From Candidatus Falkowbacteria bacterium (GTDB lineage: Bacteria > Patescibacteriota > Patescibacteriia > Patescibacteriales > UBA12075): DNA of 64,000 bases. Below the pieces are notes generated by a model that ran no database searches, was not told the DNA's origin, and was given only the letters and a program-made list of their open reading frames with translations. Position 1 is the first letter of the stretch, and every line of letters starts with the position of its first letter. Shown in pieces: positions 38,161 through 47,202 of this stretch. The position numbers were made by a program, and so were the translations under genes. The stretch spans positions 37,533-101,532 of the forward strand of contig DOSJ01000004.1 of NCBI GenBank assembly GCA_003514005.1. The letters run 5' to 3'.

Positions 38161-39921
38161 ATGAAGAAATTTTTTAGCGTACTTCTTTTGTTTTTTTTAT
38201 CGTACGCAAATATTTTACCGATTACCGATTCATTGGCCCAGACCAAGAATGCGGTTTTATTTTTGTCTCCTAATTCTGGTTCTTATACTGTAAATTCAAG
38301 TTTTTCAGTTAAAGTCGCAGTTAATAGCGGCGGCGGTACTGGCATAAATGCGGCCGAGGGTTTGATTAAATTCGACAATTCATTTTTGACAGTTACAAAA
38401 GTCGCAGACACCGGCTCTATTTTCAAGCTCTGGACAACGGATCCTACATTTTCAAATTCCGCCGGGACTATCAGCTTTGGCGGAGGATCCCCCGGGCCTT
38501 ATACCGGCAATAACGGGACAATATTTACGATTTCTTTTACTTCAAAAAAAGCTGGTACGACTGCGGTCAATTTCACTTCCGGTATTGTTCTGGCAGCCGA
38601 TGGCAAGGGCACTAATGTTTTCTCAGGATTTGGCAATGCCAGTTTTAATATAACAGAAGCGCAAAAAACCGAAGAAAAGCCGATAGAAAAACCAAAGGCA
38701 GAAGAAGAAAAACCGACAGCGAAAGGATTGCTTCCGCCTTTGCCGGAAGTATCCTCGGAAACTCATCCTGAAACTGATATCTGGTACATGAATAATCATC
38801 CGCAATTTTCTTGGAAGCTATTAGCTGATTTGATCGGTGTTAGCTACGATATTAGCACTAATCCAACAGCTGATCCGGGGGCTGAAATCGACGGTATTAT
38901 CGAGGATGTGCTTTTTGAAGAAGCGGTTCCGGATGGTGAACAATATTTTCATATTAAATATAAGAACAAGAGTGGTTGGGGACAGATTGCTCACCGCAAG
39001 CTTTTGGTGGACGCGACACCGCCAAAGAGTTTTAATGTTACCGTTGATAACGGGGGAGATGAAACCAATCCTGTGCCACAGTTACGATTCAAAACGATTG
39101 ATGAAGCATCTAGTTTGGATTATTACAAATTGAATGTTAATGAAAAAATTGAGCAGATAAAGCCGGAAGATATGGAAAAAGGCTATTATCAGCTTCAGCC
39201 GCTTGCGCCGGGTGAGTATTTGGCAGATATCGCCGCTTTTGATAAGGCCGGTAATGTGTCGTCTTCGACAGTAAAATTTTTAGTTGAGCCTTTGCGAGCG
39301 CCGATTATTACAAGTATACCAAAAACAGTCAATAGTAAAGAAGAATTGGTAATACGCGGCACATCATTTTATCCGCGGGTGAATGTAAAAATTTTCATCA
39401 TGAAGGACGGCAATGACCCGATCGAAGCATCTGTAAAAACCGATGATGATGGCAATTGGTCATATTTCCGCAATGAAATATTAGAAAAAGGTAATTATGA
39501 AGTATGGGCAAAAATAGTTGATGATCGCGGCGCGCAAAGTTCGGATAGTACCAGATATATCTTGTCTGTCATTTCCCTTTCTTTTATAGAAAGATTCAGC
39601 CTTTGGATTATTATTTTGCTGTTAACGATAATCGTTGCCTTGGTCTTGTATATTATTTATCAACGCCGGGAATATTTGGACGAAAAGCGAAGGATTATGC
39701 GTGAAACAGAAGAAGTAAAGGTAAAACTTGCCAAAATTTTCATGGCTTTGCGCGAAGAAGTGGATGAATTGATTGAGATGGCTGACAAAAAACCAGGGCT
39801 TTCCGATGCCGAGCGCCGCGTCAAGGAGCGGTTGCAGGAGTCGCTTGATATTTCCGAAGAGTTTATAAACAAAGAAGTGACTGACGTTGAGAAAGAAATC
39901 AAATTGCCAAAGAAAAAATAA
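38161..39921 (+). CDS. Cohesin-domain surface protein with Ig-like domains, TM anchor and cytoplasmic coiled coil
   Basis: LSPNSGSYTVNSSFSVKVAVNSGG..INAAEGLIKFD...GSIFKLW...GTISFGGG cohesin-like pattern; TM WIIILLLTIIVALVLYII. Confidence 0.7.
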   Translation: MKKFFSVLLLFFLSYANILPITDSLAQTKNAVLFLSPNSGSYTVNSSFSVKVAVNSGGGTGINAAEGLIKFDNSFLTVTKVADTGSIFKLWTTDPTFSNSAGTISFGGGSPGPYTGNNGTIFTISFTSKKAGTTAVNFTSGIVLAADGKGTNVFSGFGNASFNITEAQKTEEKPIEKPKAEEEKPTAKGLLPPLPEVSSETHPETDIWYMNNHPQFSWKLLADLIGVSYDISTNPTADPGAEIDGIIEDVLFEEAVPDGEQYFHIKYKNKSGWGQIAHRKLLVDATPPKSFNVTVDNGGDETNPVPQLRFKTIDEASSLDYYKLNVNEKIEQIKPEDMEKGYYQLQPLAPGEYLADIAAFDKAGNVSSSTVKFLVEPLRAPIITSIPKTVNSKEELVIRGTSFYPRVNVKIFIMKDGNDPIEASVKTDDDGNWSYFRNEILEKGNYEVWAKIVDDRGAQSSDSTRYILSVISLSFIERFSLWIIILLLTIIVALVLYIIYQRREYLDEKRRIMRETEEVKVKLAKIFMALREEVDELIEMADKKPGLSDAERRVKERLQESLDISEEFINKEVTDVEKEIKLPKKK

Positions 39922-40070
39922 TTTTACACGAAACATGTAGCACGCAGCACGCAACAATTATAAGTTGCGTGCTGTTTGTTTTGTGTCGTATTGCTTGTTG
40001 CATGTTGCTTGATGCGTGTTGCGTGCTATGTGTTGCAATATTTTTTAACGCTTGTTATAATTAAAGCACT

Positions 40071-40685
40071 ATGAATCGATTGAATCTAATCGCGAATAAG
40101 CGCGCGCTCGTGATAGTCGCGCATCCGGACGACGAGACAATCTGGATGGGAGGAACGATCCGCAAGCAAACCGATGTCTTATGGACTATTTTTTCTTTGT
40201 GCCGTGAAAGCGACAAAGATCGCGAGCCAAAATTTCGCCGTGTTTGTGCGTACTACAAAGCCGAGTGCTTGATTGCCGATCTTGACGATGAGGGCAAGCT
40301 TGATTTAAACGAAGCCAAGGAAGAGGCAAAAAAAATATTAACAGTTACGCTGAAAGAAAATAATTATGACTATATTTTTACGCACGGTACAAATGGCGAA
40401 TATGGACACTTGCTTCATATCGCAGTCCACAAGGCGGTTGCCGAATTGATAAAAGAAGAGAAACTAAAACCGGAGGCGGTTTTTTATTTTGATTATACAA
40501 AAAAAGGCTCAAAATTAATTTCAGGAAACAAAAGCCTGACTGTTGAATTGACCAAGGATGAGATATTGAAAAAAAAACAGATTGTCGCGGAAATGTACGG
40601 ATATGCACCGGATGGAATCGATGTCGGCTACTGCACAAATCCGGAAGCATTTACGCGGTGCGTAGTAAAAAGTAAAAAGTTATAA
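40071..40685 (+). CDS. PIG-L/LmbE-family deacetylase
   Basis: VAHPDDETIWMGG and THGTNGEYGH..H motifs. Confidence 0.85.
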   Translation: MNRLNLIANKRALVIVAHPDDETIWMGGTIRKQTDVLWTIFSLCRESDKDREPKFRRVCAYYKAECLIADLDDEGKLDLNEAKEEAKKILTVTLKENNYDYIFTHGTNGEYGHLLHIAVHKAVAELIKEEKLKPEAVFYFDYTKKGSKLISGNKSLTVELTKDEILKKKQIVAEMYGYAPDGIDVGYCTNPEAFTRCVVKSKKL

Positions 40686-40710
40686 AGTTTTAAATTTAAT
40701 TATAAAATTT

Positions 40711-41853
40711 ATGAAAATCGCAGTACTTCACGCGTATCCGGTCGAACCGGATGGTCTTTCGATCCAGGGCAACCTGCTTTATCGAGGACTAAAAGAGATT
40801 GGAGTAGATGTTATGCCATGCCACTATGTTCCAAATTTTCAAAAGCAATGGCTTTTTGACGCCTATAAGCCGGACATCGCGATCGGCGTCGGTTGCTGGA
40901 CCTATACGCCGGATATTATCTACAGTCCGCAAAATCATGGCGTAATTCCTGTGCCGTGGTTTGTGGCCGATGGCTGGGTGGCAAATTATCACGATGTTAT
41001 TGGCAAACTACCGCTGGTTCTTACGACTAGCAACTGGGTAACAGATACGTATAAGCGCGATGGTGTTAATGTGAATAATTTTCGCACTTTGCCAATCGGT
41101 TTTGATGCGGATGAGATGCGCCCAATTCTAAAGAGCGATCCCAAAATCATCAAGCTGCGCGAAATGCTCGGCATTCAGCCGCATGAAAAGATGATTTTGA
41201 CAGTCGGCGGCGACGTAACCAGTAAAGGGGCGCAAGAAATGTTTCATGCCTTGGCTGAGGTTGATAAAACTTTCAAAGATTGGAAATACGTTCTTAAACA
41301 CTGGGATTGCGAGTCGGCCGAGGTTCATGGCAAGGAAGAGGACGTGCTAATCGACCAGCTTGGGCTGGATCGCGGCAAAATCCAGTTTTTGTCCGGCGCC
41401 TTTTCCCATGATTTTATGGCCTATCTATTATCGGCCGCGGATATATACGCCGCCCCGAGTCGCCTGGAAGGTTTTGGCATGATTCAAATGGAAGCGGAAG
41501 CTTGCGGAGTGCCTGTTATTTCCATTAATGTCGGCGGTCCGGTAGATACGATTGTTCATGGCAAGACCGGTTATTTGGCGTCAATCGGCAGTACAGTCGC
41601 TTTGACAGAGGAGTGGGCGTATGAAAGCATGGGCTTTGAAGCAGATCACAAGGTAAAATTTGACGAACCGAAAGTATTTGCTTATCGCGCGGACATTGCC
41701 GAGTTGGCAAAATACACTTTGGAACTTTTGACCAACGACAAGCTGCGTGAAGAGATGGGTCAGAACGGACGCGCGCACGCGATGGCAAATTTCCAATACA
41801 AGGACGTAGCGCAAAAAGCTATGAAATTTATTGAAGAGAATATTAAGCTTTAA
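40711..41853 (+). CDS. GT4 family glycosyltransferase
   Basis: ADIYAAPSRLEGFGMIQMEAEACGVPVI...GGP.D.IVHGKTG motif. Confidence 0.9.
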   Translation: MKIAVLHAYPVEPDGLSIQGNLLYRGLKEIGVDVMPCHYVPNFQKQWLFDAYKPDIAIGVGCWTYTPDIIYSPQNHGVIPVPWFVADGWVANYHDVIGKLPLVLTTSNWVTDTYKRDGVNVNNFRTLPIGFDADEMRPILKSDPKIIKLREMLGIQPHEKMILTVGGDVTSKGAQEMFHALAEVDKTFKDWKYVLKHWDCESAEVHGKEEDVLIDQLGLDRGKIQFLSGAFSHDFMAYLLSAADIYAAPSRLEGFGMIQMEAEACGVPVISINVGGPVDTIVHGKTGYLASIGSTVALTEEWAYESMGFEADHKVKFDEPKVFAYRADIAELAKYTLELLTNDKLREEMGQNGRAHAMANFQYKDVAQKAMKFIEENIKL

Positions 41854-41866
41854 TTTTTATTGTGCA

Positions 41867-41900
41867 AACAACCCCGCCCTTCGTGAAGGGCGGGGTTTTT
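41867..41900 (+). terminator. Intrinsic terminator
   Basis: AACCCCGCCCTTC-gt-GAAGGGCGGGGTTTTT. Confidence 0.85.
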
Positions 41901-41911
41901 GCTAAAATTGA

Positions 41912-43345
41912 ATGGAATATCAGGAAAAAATCAGGATTTTTTATTATATTTGCATATCATACATTTTTGGCATTCTTGTTGCTTCGTTTTTACCGCAAAA
42001 AATTATTAAAAATATTTTTTTATTTTTTTGCATATTTGTATTGCTCACCAGTTTAATTTTTATTTTTAATAAAAAAAGAATTAAATTAATTCTATTGATC
42101 TTTGCTGTTTTGTTTTTTGCATTATGGCGTTATGCTTTTTATTTACCGCAAGACACTTTAGAAAATATTTGGCATTATAATGGTGAGTTAATTACCTTTC
42201 GCGGACTAGTAAACAAAGAAGCTGATGCTAGATTAAATAATCAAAAACTGGAAATTTCTGAATTGGCAATAATGAGTAACCACACGAAAAAGGTTCAGGG
42301 GAAGGTGCTGGTCACAACCGAATTGTTTCCGGCATATGCGTATGGCGAAGAACTGGAAATTACCTGCGATTTAAAAAAACCCGAGCCGTTTTCCGGTTTT
42401 GATTATGACCGTTATTTGGCGCGTCATGATATTTTTTCTGTTTGTTATTATCCTAAAATATTAAAAATAAAATCAGAAAATAAATTTAGTCTAAAACAAA
42501 ATTTTTATAAAAATATTTTTTTGTTCAAAGATAAAATGCGATACCTAATCGAGGGTGGATTATCAAAAACAGAAGCGGATTTTGCCAAAGCGATTATTTT
42601 GGGAGATATGAACGCGATTTCAAAAGAGTGGCAAGAAATATTTTCTCGGGCCGGAATCAGTCATATCGTTTCGATTTCCGGAACACACATCAGTATACTA
42701 GCTGTCATTGTCATGTCGTTTTTGCTAAATATTGGTCTTTGGCGCAAGCATGCTTTTTATCTGACAAATATTTTTTTGGCGGTTTATATTATTTTAATCG
42801 GCATGCCGGCCAGCGCTATGCGTGCCGGATTAATGGGGTTTTGCGTTCTTTGGGCATTAAAATTGGGGAGAATAAGTAAAATTTTTAATTCGCTTTTGTT
42901 ATCGGCCGTTATTTTACTTTTAATCAATCCTTTACTGTTGAGAGACGATATTGGCTTTCAATTGTCATTTTTGGCAGTTTTTGGAATTGTTTATGTTCTG
43001 CCATATATAAAAAAATATTCTGAAAAAATTTTGGGAGAAAAACTGGCTAATCAAAAAATTTTAAAAATAATAATTGATGTTTTTGGCATTACTCTTGCCG
43101 CCCAGGTGTTTACTTTGCCGATTATATATTATAATTTTGGTAGTATATCATTGGTAGCGCCTCTGACTAATTTACTTGTGCTCTGGGTTTTCCCACCGCT
43201 TATGATTTTTTTATTGTTAGCAATGCTTGTCGGCTGGTTTTTTCCATCTTGGCTAATCGTTATATTCTTTCCGGCAAAAATTCTTTTGGCTTACACCTTG
43301 TTTGTCTCGCATTTGCTAGGGGCATGGAAATATGCGATTTTTTAA
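41912..43345 (+). CDS. comEC: ComEC/Rec2 competence membrane protein (DUF4131 + competence domain, no beta-lactamase domain)
   Basis: FDYDRYL, AGISHIVSISGTH, SAMRAGLM and DIGFQLSFLAV motifs. Confidence 0.9.
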   Translation: MEYQEKIRIFYYICISYIFGILVASFLPQKIIKNIFLFFCIFVLLTSLIFIFNKKRIKLILLIFAVLFFALWRYAFYLPQDTLENIWHYNGELITFRGLVNKEADARLNNQKLEISELAIMSNHTKKVQGKVLVTTELFPAYAYGEELEITCDLKKPEPFSGFDYDRYLARHDIFSVCYYPKILKIKSENKFSLKQNFYKNIFLFKDKMRYLIEGGLSKTEADFAKAIILGDMNAISKEWQEIFSRAGISHIVSISGTHISILAVIVMSFLLNIGLWRKHAFYLTNIFLAVYIILIGMPASAMRAGLMGFCVLWALKLGRISKIFNSLLLSAVILLLINPLLLRDDIGFQLSFLAVFGIVYVLPYIKKYSEKILGEKLANQKILKIIIDVFGITLAAQVFTLPIIYYNFGSISLVAPLTNLLVLWVFPPLMIFLLLAMLVGWFFPSWLIVIFFPAKILLAYTLFVSHLLGAWKYAIF

Positions 43346-43808
43346 TTTATTACTGAGTTTCAGATATGTTGACTTAATGATATTTTAATATTTGATATGG
43401 TATGATATAATCAAATAAAGATAAACAATTATTAGTTCTTTAATAAAATATCAGCTAAAACGAGAAAATATATTTCTCGTGAACTGAAAAAGCTTCACCA
43501 TTCGTTTATACAAGATTTGGATTAAATAATTAGCATGGCTTTCCGTTTCCTTCGTTTCTTTGGAAACGTAGGTAGGAATAAAGAGTATTAAATCTGTATC
43601 AACCTATTTTCTTTTGGAACAAAAAAATTTCTAAGAGATTTTAACAGGATACAATCTGCGATTAAATTTGCAGAACTCTCTAAATATAGCCATTTCTTGG
43701 ATACTGCTTCTGGTGGAGCTTTTTTAGTTTTCTTTTTCTTTATAAAACATTAACATTTTTCTCTCTTTACAAAATTTATAAATATTGTAAGATTAAAGAA
43801 TATTTATG

Positions 43809-43879
43809 CGGGCTGTAGTATAATGGTAGTACGCGAGGCTGGGGGTCTTGTAGCCCGAGTTCGATTCTCGGCAGCCCGA
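43809..43879 (+). tRNA. tRNA-Pro(GGG)
   Basis: Cloverleaf: acceptor CGGGCTG/CAGCCCG, anticodon arm CGAGG-CTGGGGG-TCTTG, T-loop GTTCGATTC; CCA not encoded. Confidence 0.93.
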
Positions 43880-44077
43880 CGTCGTATCCAAATGTAAAAT
43901 GTAAATCTCAAAATTCAAAATTGCAATGTAAAATTTAAAAATTTATTTATTAATTTTTCATTTTAAACTGCAATTTTGAATTATGAGATTTACATTTTAA
44001 ATTATACTAATTTATATAATCATGGGATTTTAATATTTAAAACAAGTTTAAAACCAAAAATATTAAATTAAATAAAG

Positions 44078-44159
44078 GGGTGCGTGGCGAAACTGGTAGA
44101 CGCATACGCTTCAGGTGCGTACGGAGCAATCTGTGTGGGTTCGAGTCCCACCGCGCCCA
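44078..44159 (+). tRNA. tRNA-Leu(CAG)
   Basis: Acceptor GGGTGCG/CGCGCCC, anticodon arm TACGC-TTCAGGT-GCGTA, long variable arm, GTTCGAGTC. Confidence 0.93.
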
Positions 44160-44213
44160 CTGATTTTTTGTTCATTTTATTTTTTATAAAAACTATTAAC
44201 AAGGGGGGGCATA

Positions 44214-44717
44214 ATGGAAAACCAAAAATTTACCGCCGAAGAAATAGGTAGACTACTAACGACTGATGAAATTAATCAAAAATTGAATTTGTTTTTCAAC
44301 GAACACAAAGAAATACTTCCCAAAACCGTTCATGAAACAAAAGAGCATTTGCTGACTTTGGATTTGGTGCCAGTACAAAATTCTACTGTTGAACTTCCCA
44401 TAGCTTTTAGATCCAATGTTACTCAGTCCCCAGATTACTATAAACAAAGCTGGAAACACGAAGTTAATAATGGATTTTGGCTTAATGGGCAAAGAATAAA
44501 AGTGGCGTGCGCAATGTGCGATATATATTTTGGCGCATCTGTGCCCCAGCTGTACCAATGTCTTAAAAGTTCTTTAGATCACTCAAATAACAATAAAAAA
44601 CCACCGTTTGTTTTTATAACAGATAGAGCGAAAAACTCATTTAATGGGGTGCCATCCGGGACTGTGGTTGTAAAGACATCAAAAAAATATAAGGAAACCA
44701 AGATTCGATTAGTGTAA
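44214..44717 (+). CDS. Hypothetical protein
   Basis: 167-aa ORF with a G-rich RBS-like run upstream and a terminator hairpin at ~44739-44767. Confidence 0.6.
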   Translation: MENQKFTAEEIGRLLTTDEINQKLNLFFNEHKEILPKTVHETKEHLLTLDLVPVQNSTVELPIAFRSNVTQSPDYYKQSWKHEVNNGFWLNGQRIKVACAMCDIYFGASVPQLYQCLKSSLDHSNNNKKPPFVFITDRAKNSFNGVPSGTVVVKTSKKYKETKIRLV

Positions 44718-44828
44718 TATTCAATAAAAGTAGATAAAAGGTCCGTAAAAAATGCGGACCTGTTTTTATATAAGGAATTGCTTAAAATACAAAAAAAGTG
44801 TATTATTTAAATAGGAAAATAATAATAT

Positions 44829-45131
44829 ATGTCATATTTTGGCGTGTTAATTGATAAAATTTCGGCTTATCCTTGGGTTGTAAAAGTGTTATTTTATATC
44901 TATTCTCTGAATTCAGAGGAGATTTGGATAATTATAATCATTACGGCATTACTTTTTGCGATTTTGGTTTATCGTTTGTGGGGTGCGACATTAATGTGGG
45001 TTTTGATGTTCTTGTATATGATAAGCTATGTTTTATATTCCGCAAATATTTTTGGGTATTATAAGGATAATAACAAAAGTAATGAGATACGGATGAACCA
45101 GATTCAAAATGAAATAAATAAGACAGAGTAA
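44829..45131 (+). CDS. Small membrane protein
   Basis: Several hydrophobic segments; lies just upstream of the CAP-domain gene. Confidence 0.6.
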   Translation: MSYFGVLIDKISAYPWVVKVLFYIYSLNSEEIWIIIIITALLFAILVYRLWGATLMWVLMFLYMISYVLYSANIFGYYKDNNKSNEIRMNQIQNEINKTE

Positions 45132-45137
45132 AGAATT

Positions 45138-46355
45138 ATGTTAAATAAAATAGTATACCTAGTTTGTTCGCTTTTAGTTTTATTAAGTCCTATTGAAACA
45201 AAAGCGGTTTTTGAAGAGTTAAGCGGAAGAATTTTATTGCAGGTTGAAAGCCATGGTGAAGCTTGGTATTTTTCTCCTGTTGTTAAAAAACGTTTTTATC
45301 TTGGCCGTCCGGATGATGCCTTTCGGATTATGCGTGAGCAGGGAGTGGGAATTTCGAATCAAGATTTGGAGAAAATTCCGACAAGAGACGAACGCGCATC
45401 TTTTAATTTGGAATTTGCCAAAAAGCATAAGGGTAAAATATTTTTGGCAGTCGAAGACAAAGGTCAAGCTTGGTATATTAACCCTTTGGATTTGAAAAGA
45501 TATTATTTGGGCCGTCCTGCCGATGCATTTGCAATTTTACAACTTTTTGGACTTGGTATAAGCAATGCAAATTTATCAAAGATACCGGCTGTTTATGATA
45601 AATTGGAATATCTATCGCTAGAAAAACGGATTAATGATTTGATAAATAAAGAAAGAACAAAATCGGGCTTGAATGAACTTGCATATTCCGATGAGATTGC
45701 CGCTGTCGCAAGAGAACATAGTGAAAATCTTGCAAGAGAAAATAAAGCATTTACATCAATAAACAAAGTCTGCGATTTGCCAATGATTCATCATGAAGGA
45801 CTGGATTTTGGGATATCGCATAGCGAGCGATTGAATAATCGCAATATTTATAATTTTAGCCGCAGTGGTGAAAATATTGCCTTGATTGCTTCGCTTGATT
45901 ATAGCATCGAATATATTCCGGGTGATAATGTCGAGGCGGAATTGAAAGCTTGTGATCCGATTAGGCAGAAGGCTGAACTTGATTTTAAGGAAAAAATTAA
46001 TAATGCGAAAGAAGGCGACGAAAAATTAAATATTATAAAAAAAGAAATAACCAAACGTGTAAATTTTTTTAATAATTCCGCAAATATAGAGCCAATCAAT
46101 ATTGAAAATCATAGTGAAGAGAAAATTGCGGAAAAGACAGTCTTGGGTTGGATGGAAAGTCCGGGACACAAAAAAAATATTTTAACAGCCGAATATGATA
46201 CGACCGGAATCGGCGTAGCGATTATTGATACCTATATTATCGCGACGCAGGTTTTTACTAAAAAATCTGAGTGTGGCTTTTTTAACGGCCATTGCTGTGA
46301 ATCTGGCGGTTGTTATGTGCCGTATACATGCGGTAATGATGGAATGTGTCGATAA
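45138..46355 (+). CDS. CAP/SCP-domain secreted protein with duplicated N-terminal GRILLQVE..GEAWY repeat
   Basis: INKERTKSGL..L, AREHS, SGENIA and GWMESPGHKKNIL...TGIGV motifs; Cys-rich tail. Confidence 0.85.
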   Translation: MLNKIVYLVCSLLVLLSPIETKAVFEELSGRILLQVESHGEAWYFSPVVKKRFYLGRPDDAFRIMREQGVGISNQDLEKIPTRDERASFNLEFAKKHKGKIFLAVEDKGQAWYINPLDLKRYYLGRPADAFAILQLFGLGISNANLSKIPAVYDKLEYLSLEKRINDLINKERTKSGLNELAYSDEIAAVAREHSENLARENKAFTSINKVCDLPMIHHEGLDFGISHSERLNNRNIYNFSRSGENIALIASLDYSIEYIPGDNVEAELKACDPIRQKAELDFKEKINNAKEGDEKLNIIKKEITKRVNFFNNSANIEPINIENHSEEKIAEKTVLGWMESPGHKKNILTAEYDTTGIGVAIIDTYIIATQVFTKKSECGFFNGHCCESGGCYVPYTCGNDGMCR

Positions 46356-46373
46356 TAAAATATTAATAATTAT

Positions 46374-46979
46374 ATGCAAACATACATTATTTACGGAGCA
46401 ATATCAGCGATTATAATTTATTTTTTAAGTAAATTTATTTTTGATCTTTTGTTGCGCGGTTTTTCGCCATTTATCCAATCCCGGCCATGGGTGGTTGACC
46501 AGATTTCTTCGCACTTAAAAATAACGCAAAAAAATCCGAACTTTTTAGCCCTAAGCTCAGGCCGTTCTGGTTTTTTTAATGTTCTTGCAAAAAAATATCC
46601 GACCGCAAAATTGACAGGAGTTGAGCCGTATTTTTTTTCTTATTTGGTCGCGATAACGCAAATTTTTATCAGGCGCAGTCCAATAAAAATTATCCATCAA
46701 GCCGTCCATCATGTAAATTATAAAGAAGCAGACCTTGTTTATTGTCATTTAGAGCCGGATCAGATGCGCGACCTGGGTGCAAAATTGAAGTTTGAATGCA
46801 AACCGGGCGCGTTGATTGTCAGTACCGGTTTTAACATTGTCGGCCTCAAACCATCTAAAGTAATTGATTTGCCAGATCGCAAAGGCAGGCTGGATTGGCT
46901 TTCAAAAAACCAAAAACTATTTCAAGCAAAGCATAAGAAATATAAAAAGGAAAAAAAGGCTTATTTTTATGAGATTTAG
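46374..46979 (+). CDS. Membrane-anchored class I SAM-dependent methyltransferase-like protein (degenerate motif I)
   Basis: LSSGRSG, LTGVE, ADLVYCHL...KLKFECKPGALIVS pattern. Confidence 0.55.
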   Translation: MQTYIIYGAISAIIIYFLSKFIFDLLLRGFSPFIQSRPWVVDQISSHLKITQKNPNFLALSSGRSGFFNVLAKKYPTAKLTGVEPYFFSYLVAITQIFIRRSPIKIIHQAVHHVNYKEADLVYCHLEPDQMRDLGAKLKFECKPGALIVSTGFNIVGLKPSKVIDLPDRKGRLDWLSKNQKLFQAKHKKYKKEKKAYFYEI

Positions 46980-47051
46980 AGGTAATTTGCAATAATATAG
47001 TTTTTTGCTAAAATAAGTTTAATAAAATAATCTCGTCATTTTAATCGTCAC

Positions 47052-47179
47052 GCAAATGTTTGATATTTCTTATTTTTCCTCCTGTCCCCTTCGGGACTCG
47101 CACACACCATGTGGTAGTTCAATTATTTTTTAGGCTCAAACAGTCCTCGGAGTAAAAATAAGAAATATCAAACATTTGC
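47052..47179. repeat. Long hairpin element, copy 1
   Basis: Arms GCAAATGTTTGATATTTCTTATTTTT / AAAAATAAGAAATATCAAACATTTGC; related copy at 52995-53115. Confidence 0.75.
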
Positions 47180-47202
47180 TAACTAAAATAAATACATTTT
47201 TT

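Noticed and set aside
43809..44717. Integrated element at the tRNA genes
   Set aside because: No integrase is present and I saw no duplicated tRNA 3' end in the window
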